Assembly (NCBI GenBank): GCA_964650355.1
Contig: CAZYTL010000002.1
Coordinates: forward strand, 6,964 to 70,963
DNA: 64,000 nt
From: an uncultured Gammaproteobacteria bacterium
GTDB taxonomy: Bacteria; Patescibacteriota; Microgenomatia; CAYXHB01; CAZYTL01
Direction of reading: 5' to 3'
The translations under genes were made by a program, and so were the position numbers. The notes under the pieces are model-generated. The model was given only the letters and a program-made list of their open reading frames with translations, was not told the DNA's origin and did not search any database. Each line of letters opens with the position of its first letter. The first letter of the stretch is position 1. This document shows positions 47,427 to 57,830 of the stretch, one piece after another.

Positions 47427-49913
47427 ATGAAGATCTTTCCTTGGTTGTTCTTTGGCCTACTAACTTTGATCTTTTTAAATCCGGTGATATTTGGTGGCCG
47501 GGTGCCGTTTCCGGGAGATAATTTGGTGGGTCATTATTATCCCTGGAAAGATTACGTATGGGAAGGAAGAGAGGCTGGTTATCCAATTAAAAATTTTGAA
47601 CTTAATGATGCTTTGGTACAGATGTATCCCTGGCGTGAGTTAGCAGTGACGGAAATTAAGAAAGGTCGATGGCCGTTATGGAACCCTTATAACTTCACCG
47701 GGACTCCCCTATTGGCAAATTTCCCGACGGCAATCTTCTACCCGCTGAATGCCCTGGAGTTGATTTTCCCGTTTGCTCTGGGGTGGACGATTTACATTGG
47801 TTTACAAACCTGGCTGGGAGGAGTGTTTATGTATTGGTATTTAAATAATCAGGGATTGTCAAAGTTAAGTTCGTTGTTTGGCGGACTGGTGTTTGCCTGG
47901 TCCTCTTCTATGACCACGTGGTATGAATACGGAATCACAGGCCATACTTGGTTATGGGTACCGTTAGTTCTATCAGCGATAGATAAAGTACAATCAAATG
48001 TTATACGGCAAAAATCAAAATTGACAAGTTCTAAGACTTGGTTTGAGATAACCTTAAGTCTTTTGAATAAGTGGTGGTTAGTGGGAGTAGGAGCGCTAAC
48101 GATGATGATCTTGGGTGGATTTATCCAAGGGGTTATTTATGGTTACACGATTGTTGCAGCTTACCTGGGATTTAGATTGTACGAAGGATTTAAAATCCTA
48201 TCCTCTGACCATGTTCAAAGTAAGAGGAAAATAATAGAGATCAAGCCTAATCATCACCATAAGAAAAGATCAGGAGTATATATCTTGGTTGGGCTGGGTT
48301 TGTTGGCAGTACCGGTTTTGCTCTCTGCAATTCAATGGTTACCATTTGGGGAAATGGTGGTAAGCAGTAGTCGGGTTGTAAGCAATGGAGGTCAAGGCGC
48401 CGGAGTTGATGACTATTTTCTTCCTTGGAGAAGACTGATCACGGCCATGGTTCCAGATTTTTTTGGCAATCCAGCGACAGGCAATTTTTGGGGGCAGACA
48501 TCTTACCTTGAGTTTGCCTTTTATATTGGTCTGATTCCATTAGTCTTAGTGCTTGTTGGCTTCTTGAATAAGAAACCATCTGCAGTTGAGAAATATTGGA
48601 GAGTTGCTTTAGTTTTAGGACTATTGTTTCTCTTGGATTCGCCCTTGGCCCGTTTACCATATTATATGAATATTCCTGGATATGCCGTATTATTACCCTC
48701 CAGGTTAACGGCGGTGGTCACTTTGACATTGGCGATTCTGGCTGCTTACGGTCTAAATAGCTATCAAAATGCAAAAGTTAAAGATAATCGACACCTGAAA
48801 AGTTTAGTTATTTGGTTGACTTTATTACTAGTTTTGTTGTGGGAAGTAGTGTGGTTGTCGGGAAGAATATTTATTGATAAAGAGTTAGTGGCTAATTTGA
48901 CAACTGTTGCTAAGCGAAACTTAATCTTGCCGTCAGGATACTTGTTATTAGTTTCCGGTTTTTTAACAGTTGATCACAAGATTAGGACCAAGAAACTTTT
49001 GCAGATTGGTTTAGTGACGTTAATCGCGGTGACAATCTTTGATTTACTGCATCAGGGATGGAAATATAATGGATTTGTGCCCAAATCAATAATTTACCCG
49101 CAGACTAAATCAACTGAATTTTTGCAAAATCAGAAATTGCCCCCGCGGGTGATGATCACCCATCCCGAACTGTTTCCACCGAATGTTAATTTAGTTTATA
49201 GAATCCCCATGTTGGATAGTTTTGATCCTGTCCATGACAGAAGAGTTGAGCGGTTGTTATCGACTTTAAACGGACAAGGGTTGTCCGGGGCTGTTGATTT
49301 TAGAAGAGTGACTTTTTCAGGAAATTATCAATCGCGGGCGCTTAATTTGTTCAGCCCTGAATATGTGTTTAGTTTAGGAAAAGATTTAGAAGCACCTGGG
49401 TTTCAATTAGTGATGCAGGAAGGACGGTCGAGATTATACAAAAACTTGCTAGCTTATCCGAGAGTTTATCTAACGAAAGATGTAGATTACTCAACTGATG
49501 ATAAGGAAATCTTACAAAGGGTTTTAGATTTTAGCCAAAAGGGAGAACGTAAGGCCATATTGGAAAGCAGCCTCAAACTGACAAACGAAGATTTAAAAGA
49601 TTATCGGGCAGAAATTATTAGTTACCAACCCAATGAAGTAGATATTAAAGTTTCAACTAATACTGACGCATTGTTAGTATTTAATGATGCCTATAATGAG
49701 GGTTGGGAGGCAATGGTTGATAGCTCGCAAGAGCCTATTTTTAGAGCTAATTATGCTTTCAGAGGAGTTAGAGTACCAGAGGGCAACCATTGGGTAAGGT
49801 TTATTTATGATCCCCAATCGTTTAGAATAGGAATGTTGATATCTGCGGGAACGGTGATGGGATTGGGAGTAATTTTGTTGATGAAAAAATCGAGATTCAT
49901 TCTTGGAGGTTAA
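47427..49913 (+). CDS. YfhO-family GT-C membrane protein
   Basis: PLWNPYNFTGTPLLAN, many TM, C-terminal DAYNEGWEAMVD...ANYAFRGV..PEGNH. Confidence 0.9.
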   Translation: MKIFPWLFFGLLTLIFLNPVIFGGRVPFPGDNLVGHYYPWKDYVWEGREAGYPIKNFELNDALVQMYPWRELAVTEIKKGRWPLWNPYNFTGTPLLANFPTAIFYPLNALELIFPFALGWTIYIGLQTWLGGVFMYWYLNNQGLSKLSSLFGGLVFAWSSSMTTWYEYGITGHTWLWVPLVLSAIDKVQSNVIRQKSKLTSSKTWFEITLSLLNKWWLVGVGALTMMILGGFIQGVIYGYTIVAAYLGFRLYEGFKILSSDHVQSKRKIIEIKPNHHHKKRSGVYILVGLGLLAVPVLLSAIQWLPFGEMVVSSSRVVSNGGQGAGVDDYFLPWRRLITAMVPDFFGNPATGNFWGQTSYLEFAFYIGLIPLVLVLVGFLNKKPSAVEKYWRVALVLGLLFLLDSPLARLPYYMNIPGYAVLLPSRLTAVVTLTLAILAAYGLNSYQNAKVKDNRHLKSLVIWLTLLLVLLWEVVWLSGRIFIDKELVANLTTVAKRNLILPSGYLLLVSGFLTVDHKIRTKKLLQIGLVTLIAVTIFDLLHQGWKYNGFVPKSIIYPQTKSTEFLQNQKLPPRVMITHPELFPPNVNLVYRIPMLDSFDPVHDRRVERLLSTLNGQGLSGAVDFRRVTFSGNYQSRALNLFSPEYVFSLGKDLEAPGFQLVMQEGRSRLYKNLLAYPRVYLTKDVDYSTDDKEILQRVLDFSQKGERKAILESSLKLTNEDLKDYRAEIISYQPNEVDIKVSTNTDALLVFNDAYNEGWEAMVDSSQEPIFRANYAFRGVRVPEGNHWVRFIYDPQSFRIGMLISAGTVMGLGVILLMKKSRFILGG

Positions 49914-50054
49914 TGTATCTTGAAAAAGCCTCGAGGTAATATTAAAAACACCATTAAAAGTGCTGCAAAACACAGGATGATTAAAATCTGAGATGGTATT
50001 GAATAGTTTGTTTATTCGGGTGTAAATTCATGATTAACGATACTTAAGATTTGT

Positions 50055-51908
50055 ATGGCGAAAAGAAAAAGAAAAAAGGTAGGGAAAATATCAGTGACCA
50101 GACAATCAGATCAGATCCAGCCAACTGCCCAACTGGTTGAAGAGACTTCAAGACCGGGAGTAAAAGAAATCATTAGAAATAATTGGAAGTATATCTTGCT
50201 GCTGATGTGGGTGACCTTGGGTGTTTATGCGAATTCCCTGCCAGGCGATTTTTCTATCGTAGACGATATTCCAGGAATTATAACCAGTGGCAGGTATGAT
50301 AATTTGGCTGAAAATATTAAAACCTTCCATTTGCAAAGTATTATTTACTCTATCTTAATTAATGTCTTTGGCAAGAATCCTTTAGTTTTTCATATTTTTT
50401 CATTGCTGCTCACCTTGATGATTGTGGGATTAGCCTTTGTTTTAGTTAGAATGATTTGGAGCAAAAGAGTAGCTCTAATCGCTTCTCTAATTTTTGCGGT
50501 GCATCCGGTGACCACTGAATCAGTGACTTGGATCAGCGGCAGTCCTTATCTGATCAATGCTATGTTTTTATTGCCAGGGATGATCAGTTATATAAAGTTT
50601 AAACGGACAAAGAAAGAGGGTTACTTGCTTCTGTCTCTAGTTATTTATTCCTTGGCATTGTTACTAACGAGAACTCCCTGGGTGCTGACTTTACCCATTG
50701 CATTATTGATTATAGATCAGTTTATTGTTGAACAGAGGTTTGATTGGAGATCTTTAGTGAACTTTGTCTATTATTTGGTACCGACAGTTATATACGTGGG
50801 GTTGTTTTTACGTAAAGCAGGTGCAGCTAGATTGGCCAGTAGGCAAAGCGGTAGTTACTTGAATCAACAAACTTTACCGCTGACAAAAAGTTACATTTTT
50901 ACAATTTATTCAATGATTCGGTTGTATGTTTTTCCCAAAGATTTGAAAATCTACTATGACGGAAATGTGATCACTAATCAGCAGTTAATCATCATGGTGA
51001 TTCTGTCATCAATATTTGTAGCAATGGTTTTATTCTTTTGGTTGGGGAAGAGGAATCTGAAAGTCACTGGTTTGTTACTATTGCTGCCAGCGATGTTGGC
51101 TCCCAGTTTCAGTCCGATAAAAGTTACCTGGAACATGGCAGAGAGATACTTATATTTAGGTACCTTATTTTTCGGGGTGTTAGTCGCTTTGATAATATTA
51201 AAAATCAGTAGTTATTTTAAATGGAAATATGTATGGATTCTACTAACAGTACCATTGCTCTTGGTTTTGTCGGTAAGAACGGTGATCAGAAACAATGACT
51301 ATCTTGATAATAAGGAATTTGCTAGAAAAACAATTATCGCCGCTTCCCAAAGTGTGCGGCCATATAATGATTTGGGTACGTTGTACTATATGGATGGAGA
51401 CACAGAGACAGCTCTTGATTATTACAGCCGAGCATTACAGATTAACCGGCTATCTGCAACTGCGATCAACAATATTGGGCTGATTTTTTTGAAGAATGGA
51501 GTTCCTGATTCAATTTTTTCGGCACCGGATTACTTTCCTCAGATGGAGCCAAATGATTATCAAGCTTGGCTAGCAAGGGCAATTAGTTCTTATAAAAACG
51601 AAAACCCCACCAACGCTGCCTATTACTTAATTGGAGCAGTAATAAGGAATCCTCAAGGCATAGAGGCATTAAATTTAATGGGAGATATGTATTACGCCCA
51701 GCAAGAATGGGAGAGGGCAAAGGATTTTTATTTAAGGTCGGTAAAGGTTAATGACCAGCAAGCCAATATCTACTATAAGTTAAGCACCATCGAAGCCACA
51801 AAGTTGGGTGATTATCAAAAAGCTAAAGAATATACTCTCAAGACCTTAGAAATCGATCCAAATCTCGAAGGTGCTAAGAAAAATTTGGAAATGTTGGATA
51901 GAAAATAA
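50055..51908 (+). CDS. TMTC-like GT-C protein with C-terminal TPR repeats
   Basis: YANSL.GDF..DD, FAVHPVTTESVTWISG, AERYLY, TPR repeats. Confidence 0.88.
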   Translation: MAKRKRKKVGKISVTRQSDQIQPTAQLVEETSRPGVKEIIRNNWKYILLLMWVTLGVYANSLPGDFSIVDDIPGIITSGRYDNLAENIKTFHLQSIIYSILINVFGKNPLVFHIFSLLLTLMIVGLAFVLVRMIWSKRVALIASLIFAVHPVTTESVTWISGSPYLINAMFLLPGMISYIKFKRTKKEGYLLLSLVIYSLALLLTRTPWVLTLPIALLIIDQFIVEQRFDWRSLVNFVYYLVPTVIYVGLFLRKAGAARLASRQSGSYLNQQTLPLTKSYIFTIYSMIRLYVFPKDLKIYYDGNVITNQQLIIMVILSSIFVAMVLFFWLGKRNLKVTGLLLLLPAMLAPSFSPIKVTWNMAERYLYLGTLFFGVLVALIILKISSYFKWKYVWILLTVPLLLVLSVRTVIRNNDYLDNKEFARKTIIAASQSVRPYNDLGTLYYMDGDTETALDYYSRALQINRLSATAINNIGLIFLKNGVPDSIFSAPDYFPQMEPNDYQAWLARAISSYKNENPTNAAYYLIGAVIRNPQGIEALNLMGDMYYAQQEWERAKDFYLRSVKVNDQQANIYYKLSTIEATKLGDYQKAKEYTLKTLEIDPNLEGAKKNLEMLDRK

Positions 51909-51967
51909 AATCTGCAACAGTGAGTTCCGAAAGAGGAATGAGCGATTGGAGATGGAGATTTTACTAA

Positions 51968-51997
51968 TTGACGAAGTTTGAACTCAGATGGTATTAT
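51968..51997 (+). promoter_or_regulatory. Sigma70 promoter
   Basis: TTGACG, 18-nt spacer ending TGG, TATTAT. Confidence 0.55.
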
Positions 51998-52016
51998 TAA
52001 GCTAGATAGTTTGTCA

Positions 52017-52163
52017 AAGAGCAGTAGACATCATATGTGCGAAATAATGTGCTCTCGATGACAGAGAATATTATTTGAGTGCATATGATGCGGGATGTGA
52101 TCTACGATAGCGGGTTGGGAATCGCAGCACCGCCATCGGCGGTGTCAAGGAGGGGGTTTTTTG
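52017..52163 (+). ncRNA. Candidate structured leader or small RNA
   Basis: Nested inverted repeats (52029-52040/52079-52090, 52042-52048/52070-52076, 52024-52028/52101-52105), hairpin 52127-52145, T run near 52157-52162. Confidence 0.45.
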
Positions 52164-52675
52164 TCCAAAGACCTAGTTTTCCGGTTTCTTCTCTGATTGA
52201 TGGGCGATATGATTGGGATAGAGAGAATTTGGGAGAAGAACTAATTAAAGTAACTGATTTTTACCAACGAAGACCAATCCCGATTGGGGAAGATAGCCAG
52301 GTAGAAGATGCTGAATTAGTGGTGGCATCAAAAAAATCAATGAAAACGAAATTAAGAATAAAAACAGTGTTTCCTTTTATTTTTTTCCCGGACGATTTAA
52401 TTATCGACGAAGCGAAAGTAACTATTATTAAACGTTACTTCTTTGCCTGCCAGGAAATTCATACTATTCCTATTAAGGATATTGTTGATGTCATTGTAGC
52501 CTCTAGTTTATTCTTTGCTACTTTATATATAAAAAGGGCTTTTCAAAATGATCTTTATCAATTTAATTATTTAAACAAGCAAGATGCGATGCGAGCCAGA
52601 CAATTGATTCAAGAGTTGGGGGGGAAAATTGGTAGAGAAAAAGTAAGCTCTAGGAAAGACGCACCAGATATGTAA
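52079..52675 (+). CDS. Bacterial PH-like domain protein (true start probably downstream of 52163)
   Basis: VFPFIFFPDDLIIDEAKVTI...IPIKDIVDV.V..SLFFATL.I pattern. Confidence 0.65.
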   Translation: MHMMRDVIYDSGLGIAAPPSAVSRRGFFVQRPSFPVSSLIDGRYDWDRENLGEELIKVTDFYQRRPIPIGEDSQVEDAELVVASKKSMKTKLRIKTVFPFIFFPDDLIIDEAKVTIIKRYFFACQEIHTIPIKDIVDVIVASSLFFATLYIKRAFQNDLYQFNYLNKQDAMRARQLIQELGGKIGREKVSSRKDAPDM

Positions 52676-52793
52676 GGTTGTTGTGAGATTTGTGAGACAA
52701 ATAGTTTCGGCAACCAAAGGAGGCCTTTATATAATATAACGATTAGGGTATAGTGATGGTGATAAATGATTTCACGAAGGGAGGTGAAGATAG

Positions 52794-53177
52794 ATGAAAG
52801 TGTACGTGGATAATATTGAAGATTTGACTTTAAAAAATAATTTTTTCCGTCAAGTGTTATTCACCGCGCCTCATTCACAGTTGGTGGTAATGTGTTTGCA
52901 ACCAGACGAAGATATCGGCATGGAAGTCCATGACGATGTTGACCAATTCTTAAGAGTTGAAAAAGGACAGGGAAAAGCTATCTTAAACGGTGAAGAGTAT
53001 CCGCTTAAAGACGGTGACGCAGTGGTGGTGCCTGCAGGTACAGAGCATAATGTAGTGAATACCTCTGACAGCGAGCAATTAAAGCTATACACGATTTATA
53101 GCCCGGCGGAGCATAGAGACGGGGTAATCCACCAAACCAAAGCAGTGGCTATGGCTGATGAAACAGATCATGTATAG
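52794..53177 (+). CDS. Cupin domain protein
   Basis: IGMEVH..VDQF..VE.G.G, VVPAGTEHNV, LYTIYSP; strong SD GGGAGGTG. Confidence 0.93.
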   Translation: MKVYVDNIEDLTLKNNFFRQVLFTAPHSQLVVMCLQPDEDIGMEVHDDVDQFLRVEKGQGKAILNGEEYPLKDGDAVVVPAGTEHNVVNTSDSEQLKLYTIYSPAEHRDGVIHQTKAVAMADETDHV

Positions 53178-53206
53178 CAAAATTAGAGTATGATAAGCTA
53201 ATCCCA

Positions 53207-54358
53207 ATGATCTGGGTGCAAAATAAATTTTGGAGAATAGTCATTTGGTTGTTCATCTTTGGCACGGTATGCTTGGCTGTTTTTACTGTTGGAAGGATCC
53301 TGATCACTTTTCGATTGCACGACTTTGATATTTACTACCGGGGAGTCGGAGACTTGCTGGCCCATACAAATCCGTACGCTAATAGACCAGGAGAAGTAAT
53401 TTATCCACCCGTGGCTTTGCTGTTATTAATGCCTTTAGGTTTTTTCTCACAAACACTGGCAGAAGATGTCTGGACCGTCATTTCAGTGATAAGCATATTG
53501 GGTTCATTGGCCATGTTATTAATCCTATGGAAAGGAAAGATTAAAGCTAAACACATTGGACTGTCTTTTGGTTTGGCGATGTTGTCATTTCCGGTGAAGT
53601 GGAACCTGGGAATGGGGCAAATTAATTTGTTACTGTTGTTACTAGTTATCGGTAGTTTTTACGCTTATAGAAAAAGCAGATCAATAACTAGTGGGGTATT
53701 GTTAGGTATAGCATCGGCTATTAAATTCATTCCCCTACCCTTGTTTTTGTTTTTCTTGCACAAAAGACAGCGGAGATCTGTTGTGGCCGGAGGTTTAATG
53801 TTCTTGTTTATGCAATTGGCCGGTGGGTTGGTAGTAGGTAAGGAGATAAATTTTTATTATTGGAGCCAGGTGTTTCCTCATTTGCCAACTGTGGGCAACA
53901 TTGCTTACTATAACCAAGCGTTAACTGGGTTTTTGGCCAGAGCTCATGTTTCAGTGGAAATTTCCAAACTGATTAACTATAGTGTCTTTGTGGGTTTGTT
54001 GATTGGAGTATGGAAAGTAACAGACTCTAATCGGGAAAAGTTAGAGAAGGAATTGTTAGAGTACGGGCTGCTTGTTCTGGCCGTTTTAATAGGCGCTGGT
54101 CTGGCTTGGCAATATTATTTTGTATTAACAGTGATTCCGTTTGCGGGAGTTTTCCTTTTGATTATTAACTCCTTTAATAAATTAAAGTGGTACTGCGTGT
54201 TTACTTTAATAGCATATTTGTTGATTTCCGGAAACATTAAACATCCCGAGAACTTTGGAGGAGTGAAAGTTGTCTTCTTATCTCATGTCTTATACGGTAC
54301 GATGCTCCTGTACGGCATCGCTTTTTCGCTGCTGAGACGAAGATCCACCTGGACCTAA
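53207..54358 (+). CDS. GT87-family (DUF2029) glycosyltransferase
   Basis: DFDIYY, NPY, IYPP, GQIN, AIKFIP, NQAL; multi-TM. Confidence 0.88.
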   Translation: MIWVQNKFWRIVIWLFIFGTVCLAVFTVGRILITFRLHDFDIYYRGVGDLLAHTNPYANRPGEVIYPPVALLLLMPLGFFSQTLAEDVWTVISVISILGSLAMLLILWKGKIKAKHIGLSFGLAMLSFPVKWNLGMGQINLLLLLLVIGSFYAYRKSRSITSGVLLGIASAIKFIPLPLFLFFLHKRQRRSVVAGGLMFLFMQLAGGLVVGKEINFYYWSQVFPHLPTVGNIAYYNQALTGFLARAHVSVEISKLINYSVFVGLLIGVWKVTDSNREKLEKELLEYGLLVLAVLIGAGLAWQYYFVLTVIPFAGVFLLIINSFNKLKWYCVFTLIAYLLISGNIKHPENFGGVKVVFLSHVLYGTMLLYGIAFSLLRRRSTWT

Positions 54359-54371
54359 TAATTGTCCACCC

Positions 54372-54414
54372 AAAAACCCTGGACGATTATTTGCATAAAA
54401 ATCCAGGGCTTTTT
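54372..54414. terminator. Bidirectional intrinsic terminator
   Basis: AAAAA-CCCTGGA...TCCAGGG-CTTTTT between convergent genes. Confidence 0.75.
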
Positions 54415-54432
54415 AAACTCTCTCTTGAGTTT

Positions 54433-54717
54433 TTAATATTGAGGTTTGCGATCGTACGTACCCCGTGGTTTGGGTGGTCTGGCTTCATTGACTACCAGGG
54501 CGCGACCTTGGAAGTCTTTGCCATTAAACATCTCGATAGCTTTTTGAGCTTCTTCCTCGGTACTCATTTCCACGAACCCGAATCCCCGAGAGCGTCCGGT
54601 ATCTCTGTCTGTAACTACACTAGCACTGACAACTTGACCTGCCTGGGCAAAAAGTTCTTCTAATTGATCACTAGTAATACCGTAATCAAGATTACCTATA
54701 TACAGTTTATTTTTCAC
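54433..54717 (-). CDS. RRM RNA-binding protein
   Basis: KLYIGNL (RNP2), RGFGFVEM (RNP1); SD GGAGGTG, GTG start. Confidence 0.96.
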   Translation of the reverse strand: MKNKLYIGNLDYGITSDQLEELFAQAGQVVSASVVTDRDTGRSRGFGFVEMSTEEEAQKAIEMFNGKDFQGRALVVNEARPPKPRGTYDRKPQY

Positions 54718-54976
54718 GAAATTTCACCTCCGATCATGATAGGAGAAGACTTCTTTGGAGTTAACCGGAGTATCTGAAGTCCTTTTAAAATAAAGGATAT
54801 TACACGGTCTCTACTGGATGATTTAGATTTACGCTTCAGTAGTGTAAACCAAATGAAGTTGATCCTGAATTCTTTTGATTGTTAAGAACCTATTTAGAGT
54901 TAGGCTAAGTTTAACATATTCAGATTATATTTCCACTGGTGAATTATAAGAAGCTATTAAAGAGTTTGCTAAAAGG

Positions 54977-55444
54977 TTAATGGGTTAAGACTTTGGTTTT
55001 ACCAACAAGGTACCGAAGGTAATTACGATAGAGGTTGTTGGTAGTAACGATACCGACCAGATGCTCGTGATCTACCACTGGTAACCGGCGGATTTTGTGA
55101 ATAATCAGAACCGCACAGGCTTTAAGCACATGATCCTGAGGCTCGACGGTAATTAGTTCAGTGGTCATGAGGTCTTGAGCGGTCAGATCGTTAATTTTGT
55201 TGGCTTCGTGCTCAATATGTTCGTGGCTTAAGTAATAAGGATAATCTTGGTAGAATTGCGCTTGGGAAGGAAACAAGTTGAGAAGGAGATCTTTTTCGGA
55301 GATGATTCCCACAAATTTCTCGTGGTGGTCGATAACCGGCACACCAGAGATGCGATGGTGAATCAATATTTGGAGCACTTCAGCAAAGCTGGCAGAAGTC
55401 TTTACACAATGTAGCTGTGTGCTCATGACGTCACGGACCAGCAT
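54977..55444 (-). CDS. CBS-domain pair protein
   Basis: VRDVM, ISGVPVID..VGIISEKD, IRRLPVVD..LVGIVT. Confidence 0.92.
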   Translation of the reverse strand: MLVRDVMSTQLHCVKTSASFAEVLQILIHHRISGVPVIDHHEKFVGIISEKDLLLNLFPSQAQFYQDYPYYLSHEHIEHEANKINDLTAQDLMTTELITVEPQDHVLKACAVLIIHKIRRLPVVDHEHLVGIVTTNNLYRNYLRYLVGKTKVLTH

Positions 55445-55531
55445 GTTTGTCACCCTGCCATTATTATACATGAGATGGCAAACTAAAGGTAGAACTCGAA
55501 TGGAAAATATCCGGGGAGTTTTTCCTACCGT

Positions 55532-55795
55532 CTATTTCTTCTTTTTGGAATTCGTTCTTTCAACTGTAAGGGTGCATTCGGTAACTAAAGCAGCGATGGC
55601 GCCGACTGCTGCTAATACGGGAGCCAGAGCCGCGCCAATCACGCCAATGGTTAAAGGTAAAACCATGATGGTTTTTCCTTGTTTATCTTTTATGGTTACC
55701 TGACGGACGTTGCCTTCTGCGATAAGTTCTTTAGTCCTTTTTAGTAGCTGGTCACCTTTGACTTTGATGGTTTCTGTGGCTGTTGAGGATGGCAA
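55532..55795 (-). CDS. DUF4342-family protein
   Basis: KELIAEGNVRQVTIK...LPLTIG...APVLAAVGAIAALVTECT; SD AGGAGGTG before TTG. Confidence 0.85.
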   Translation of the reverse strand: MPSSTATETIKVKGDQLLKRTKELIAEGNVRQVTIKDKQGKTIMVLPLTIGVIGAALAPVLAAVGAIAALVTECTLTVERTNSKKKK

Positions 55796-55841
55796 ATGAA
55801 TCACCTCCTTTCATACATTTCCTACAATGTGTTAGTTAGAG

Positions 55842-56720
55842 CTAAATGTCAATTTGTAAATATTGCCGGATAAGCAGGCCGATTAAAAATGTAAAGGCAG
55901 AAATTCCCATACTGATAAGAGCCATTTCTATAAACCTATGTTTGAAGGATAAATTCTGCGCCACAGAGATATAAAAAGTAAAAGCCAAAATTACGATGAC
56001 GGCATTGAATAGAGTAATGACTAAACAGAGATATATATTGTGGAAGATTAAATAAGGAAAGATCAGGAATAAAACTGTGAAAACGTATGCTATACCTGTA
56101 TAGATAGATGCTCTTAAAGGGCTTAAACCATTGGAGTCTGTTTTAGTAGATAAATACTCTGAAGCAGCCATAGAAAAAGAGGCGGCAATCCCAGTAATCA
56201 AGCCAGCCACTGCAATAATACGGTTGTTCTGGAAGGCAAGAGTAAATCCGGCCAAAGCCCCTGTAAGTTCAACCAAGGCGTCATTTAGCCCTAAAACGAT
56301 GGAGCCGACATATAACATCCTGTCTTCTTTAAGAAGAGCTAATATTTTTTGTTCATGACGATCTTCATCTTGGATGATGGTTTTGACCTCAGGAATTTCG
56401 TGAGCAACTGATTGATAAATCTGTTGAGCTCTTTGCTCTCCCCTCTCCATTAATCTTAAGGCAAAGGTTAACCCTAAGATTCGTGCAATTATAAAATAGA
56501 CCGATACTTTCACCCGGTGGGGTTGGATTTCTTGGCCGGTGTATTTTTCCCAATAGAGGTAATGTTGATGCTCATCGTCAGCCATTTCATCAAGGAAGTG
56601 CTTATTTCTATGATTGTGTTCGATGGTGGCCAGCGCATGGTAAACCGTATGTTCGGTAATTTCTGTTTCTTGAGCAGCTAGAATGATTTGTCTTGTGTTT
56701 CGGCTGATTTTTTTTGTCAT
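55842..56720 (-). CDS. Ferritin/rubrerythrin-like plus VIT1/CCC1 transporter fusion (MbfA-like)
   Basis: E..E...DEHQH / DEDRHE diiron motifs; LGLNDALVE, SMAASEYLS. Confidence 0.9.
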   Translation of the reverse strand: MTKKISRNTRQIILAAQETEITEHTVYHALATIEHNHRNKHFLDEMADDEHQHYLYWEKYTGQEIQPHRVKVSVYFIIARILGLTFALRLMERGEQRAQQIYQSVAHEIPEVKTIIQDEDRHEQKILALLKEDRMLYVGSIVLGLNDALVELTGALAGFTLAFQNNRIIAVAGLITGIAASFSMAASEYLSTKTDSNGLSPLRASIYTGIAYVFTVLFLIFPYLIFHNIYLCLVITLFNAVIVILAFTFYISVAQNLSFKHRFIEMALISMGISAFTFLIGLLIRQYLQIDI

Positions 56721-56816
56721 GATTGTAGAGTATTTTTAGTTTAGATTAAGAACCAGATGTAACGATTATATACCACTATTTATAAAATTATATCTGAAAG
56801 GTATATAATTAGCTTA

Positions 56817-57830
56817 ATGGTTGATAAGATTGTCAGATCATTATGTTGTTTTTCTGACAATCCTGGGCCGTGGTGCGTAGAGAGAGCTGAGCAGAGAATA
56901 AAAAGATTGGAGAATCACGGATTCACGGTGCAAACTCAACGGTTGTGTACAGAGCTATTTGCACCCAAATGGCTGGAAAATAGGATTTGGGATCGAACCG
57001 TGCTATTAAGTGTGGGAACTGTAAGTTATAAAAGGGCGATGAAGATGCTGCCCAGCTATTGTAAATGTCCCCGGATCAGTTTTAATGTGGATTTAACTAA
57101 AGAAAAGATCAAGAATCTTCATGCTCGGTTGTTATTTAAATTAATAAAGCACGCTCCAGAAAATACTTTTAATTTCGCGTATGTATTCAACAACCCATTT
57201 TCTTCACCCTTCTTTCCTGCGGCGAATTATCAAAAAGAAGGTTTTGCCATTGGATTGCAGCCGACTGATTTGGCTGAAGGGTGCAAAACTTTAAAACAAT
57301 GGTTAACAAGAGTCCGGGAAGTATGGGAAGAGATTGAGGTACTCTTCAAACATGACGATCAATTTTTAGGGATTGATTCTTCTGTCGCTCCCTTATTTAC
57401 CGGTAAGAGCAGCTTAGTAAATTTTATTAAAAGGATAGATAGCTTTTCTCATTCGTCAACCACGAATGTTTACTTGAAAATAAGTAAATTTTTGAAAGAG
57501 CACAACCCCAAACCGGTGGGTTTGTGTGGATTAATGTTTCCTTGTCTTGAGGATTTCGAATTGGCTGAAGAGTATGAGAAGGGTAATTTTTCGATTGAAA
57601 AAAATTTGTTTTTGTCACTCCATTCTGGTTTAGGCATTGATACTTATCCTATCGGAGTGGACGAGTCTCCTGATCGGGTGGTTGAGATACTAAGATTGGT
57701 CCAAGATCTATCAAATAAATATGAAAAACCTCTATCAGCGCGATTTGTATCTGATGGTAAAGCTAAAATCGGAGATAGAACTAATTTTCAGAATCAGTAT
57801 TTGAAAGATGTAGTGGTTAGGGAGCTATAA
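56817..57830 (+). CDS. DUF711 family protein
   Basis: SPFFPAA, GIDSSVAP, VGLCGLMFPCLEDFELA, GLGIDTYP, KPLSARF. Confidence 0.8.
   Translation: MVDKIVRSLCCFSDNPGPWCVERAEQRIKRLENHGFTVQTQRLCTELFAPKWLENRIWDRTVLLSVGTVSYKRAMKMLPSYCKCPRISFNVDLTKEKIKNLHARLLFKLIKHAPENTFNFAYVFNNPFSSPFFPAANYQKEGFAIGLQPTDLAEGCKTLKQWLTRVREVWEEIEVLFKHDDQFLGIDSSVAPLFTGKSSLVNFIKRIDSFSHSSTTNVYLKISKFLKEHNPKPVGLCGLMFPCLEDFELAEEYEKGNFSIEKNLFLSLHSGLGIDTYPIGVDESPDRVVEILRLVQDLSNKYEKPLSARFVSDGKAKIGDRTNFQNQYLKDVVVREL

Noticed and set aside
2154-52145. CCGCC-N3-6-GGCGG palindromes at 2156, 42993 and 52130 as a REP-like family
   Set aside because: Three short instances with different loops, all explicable as terminator-type hairpins.
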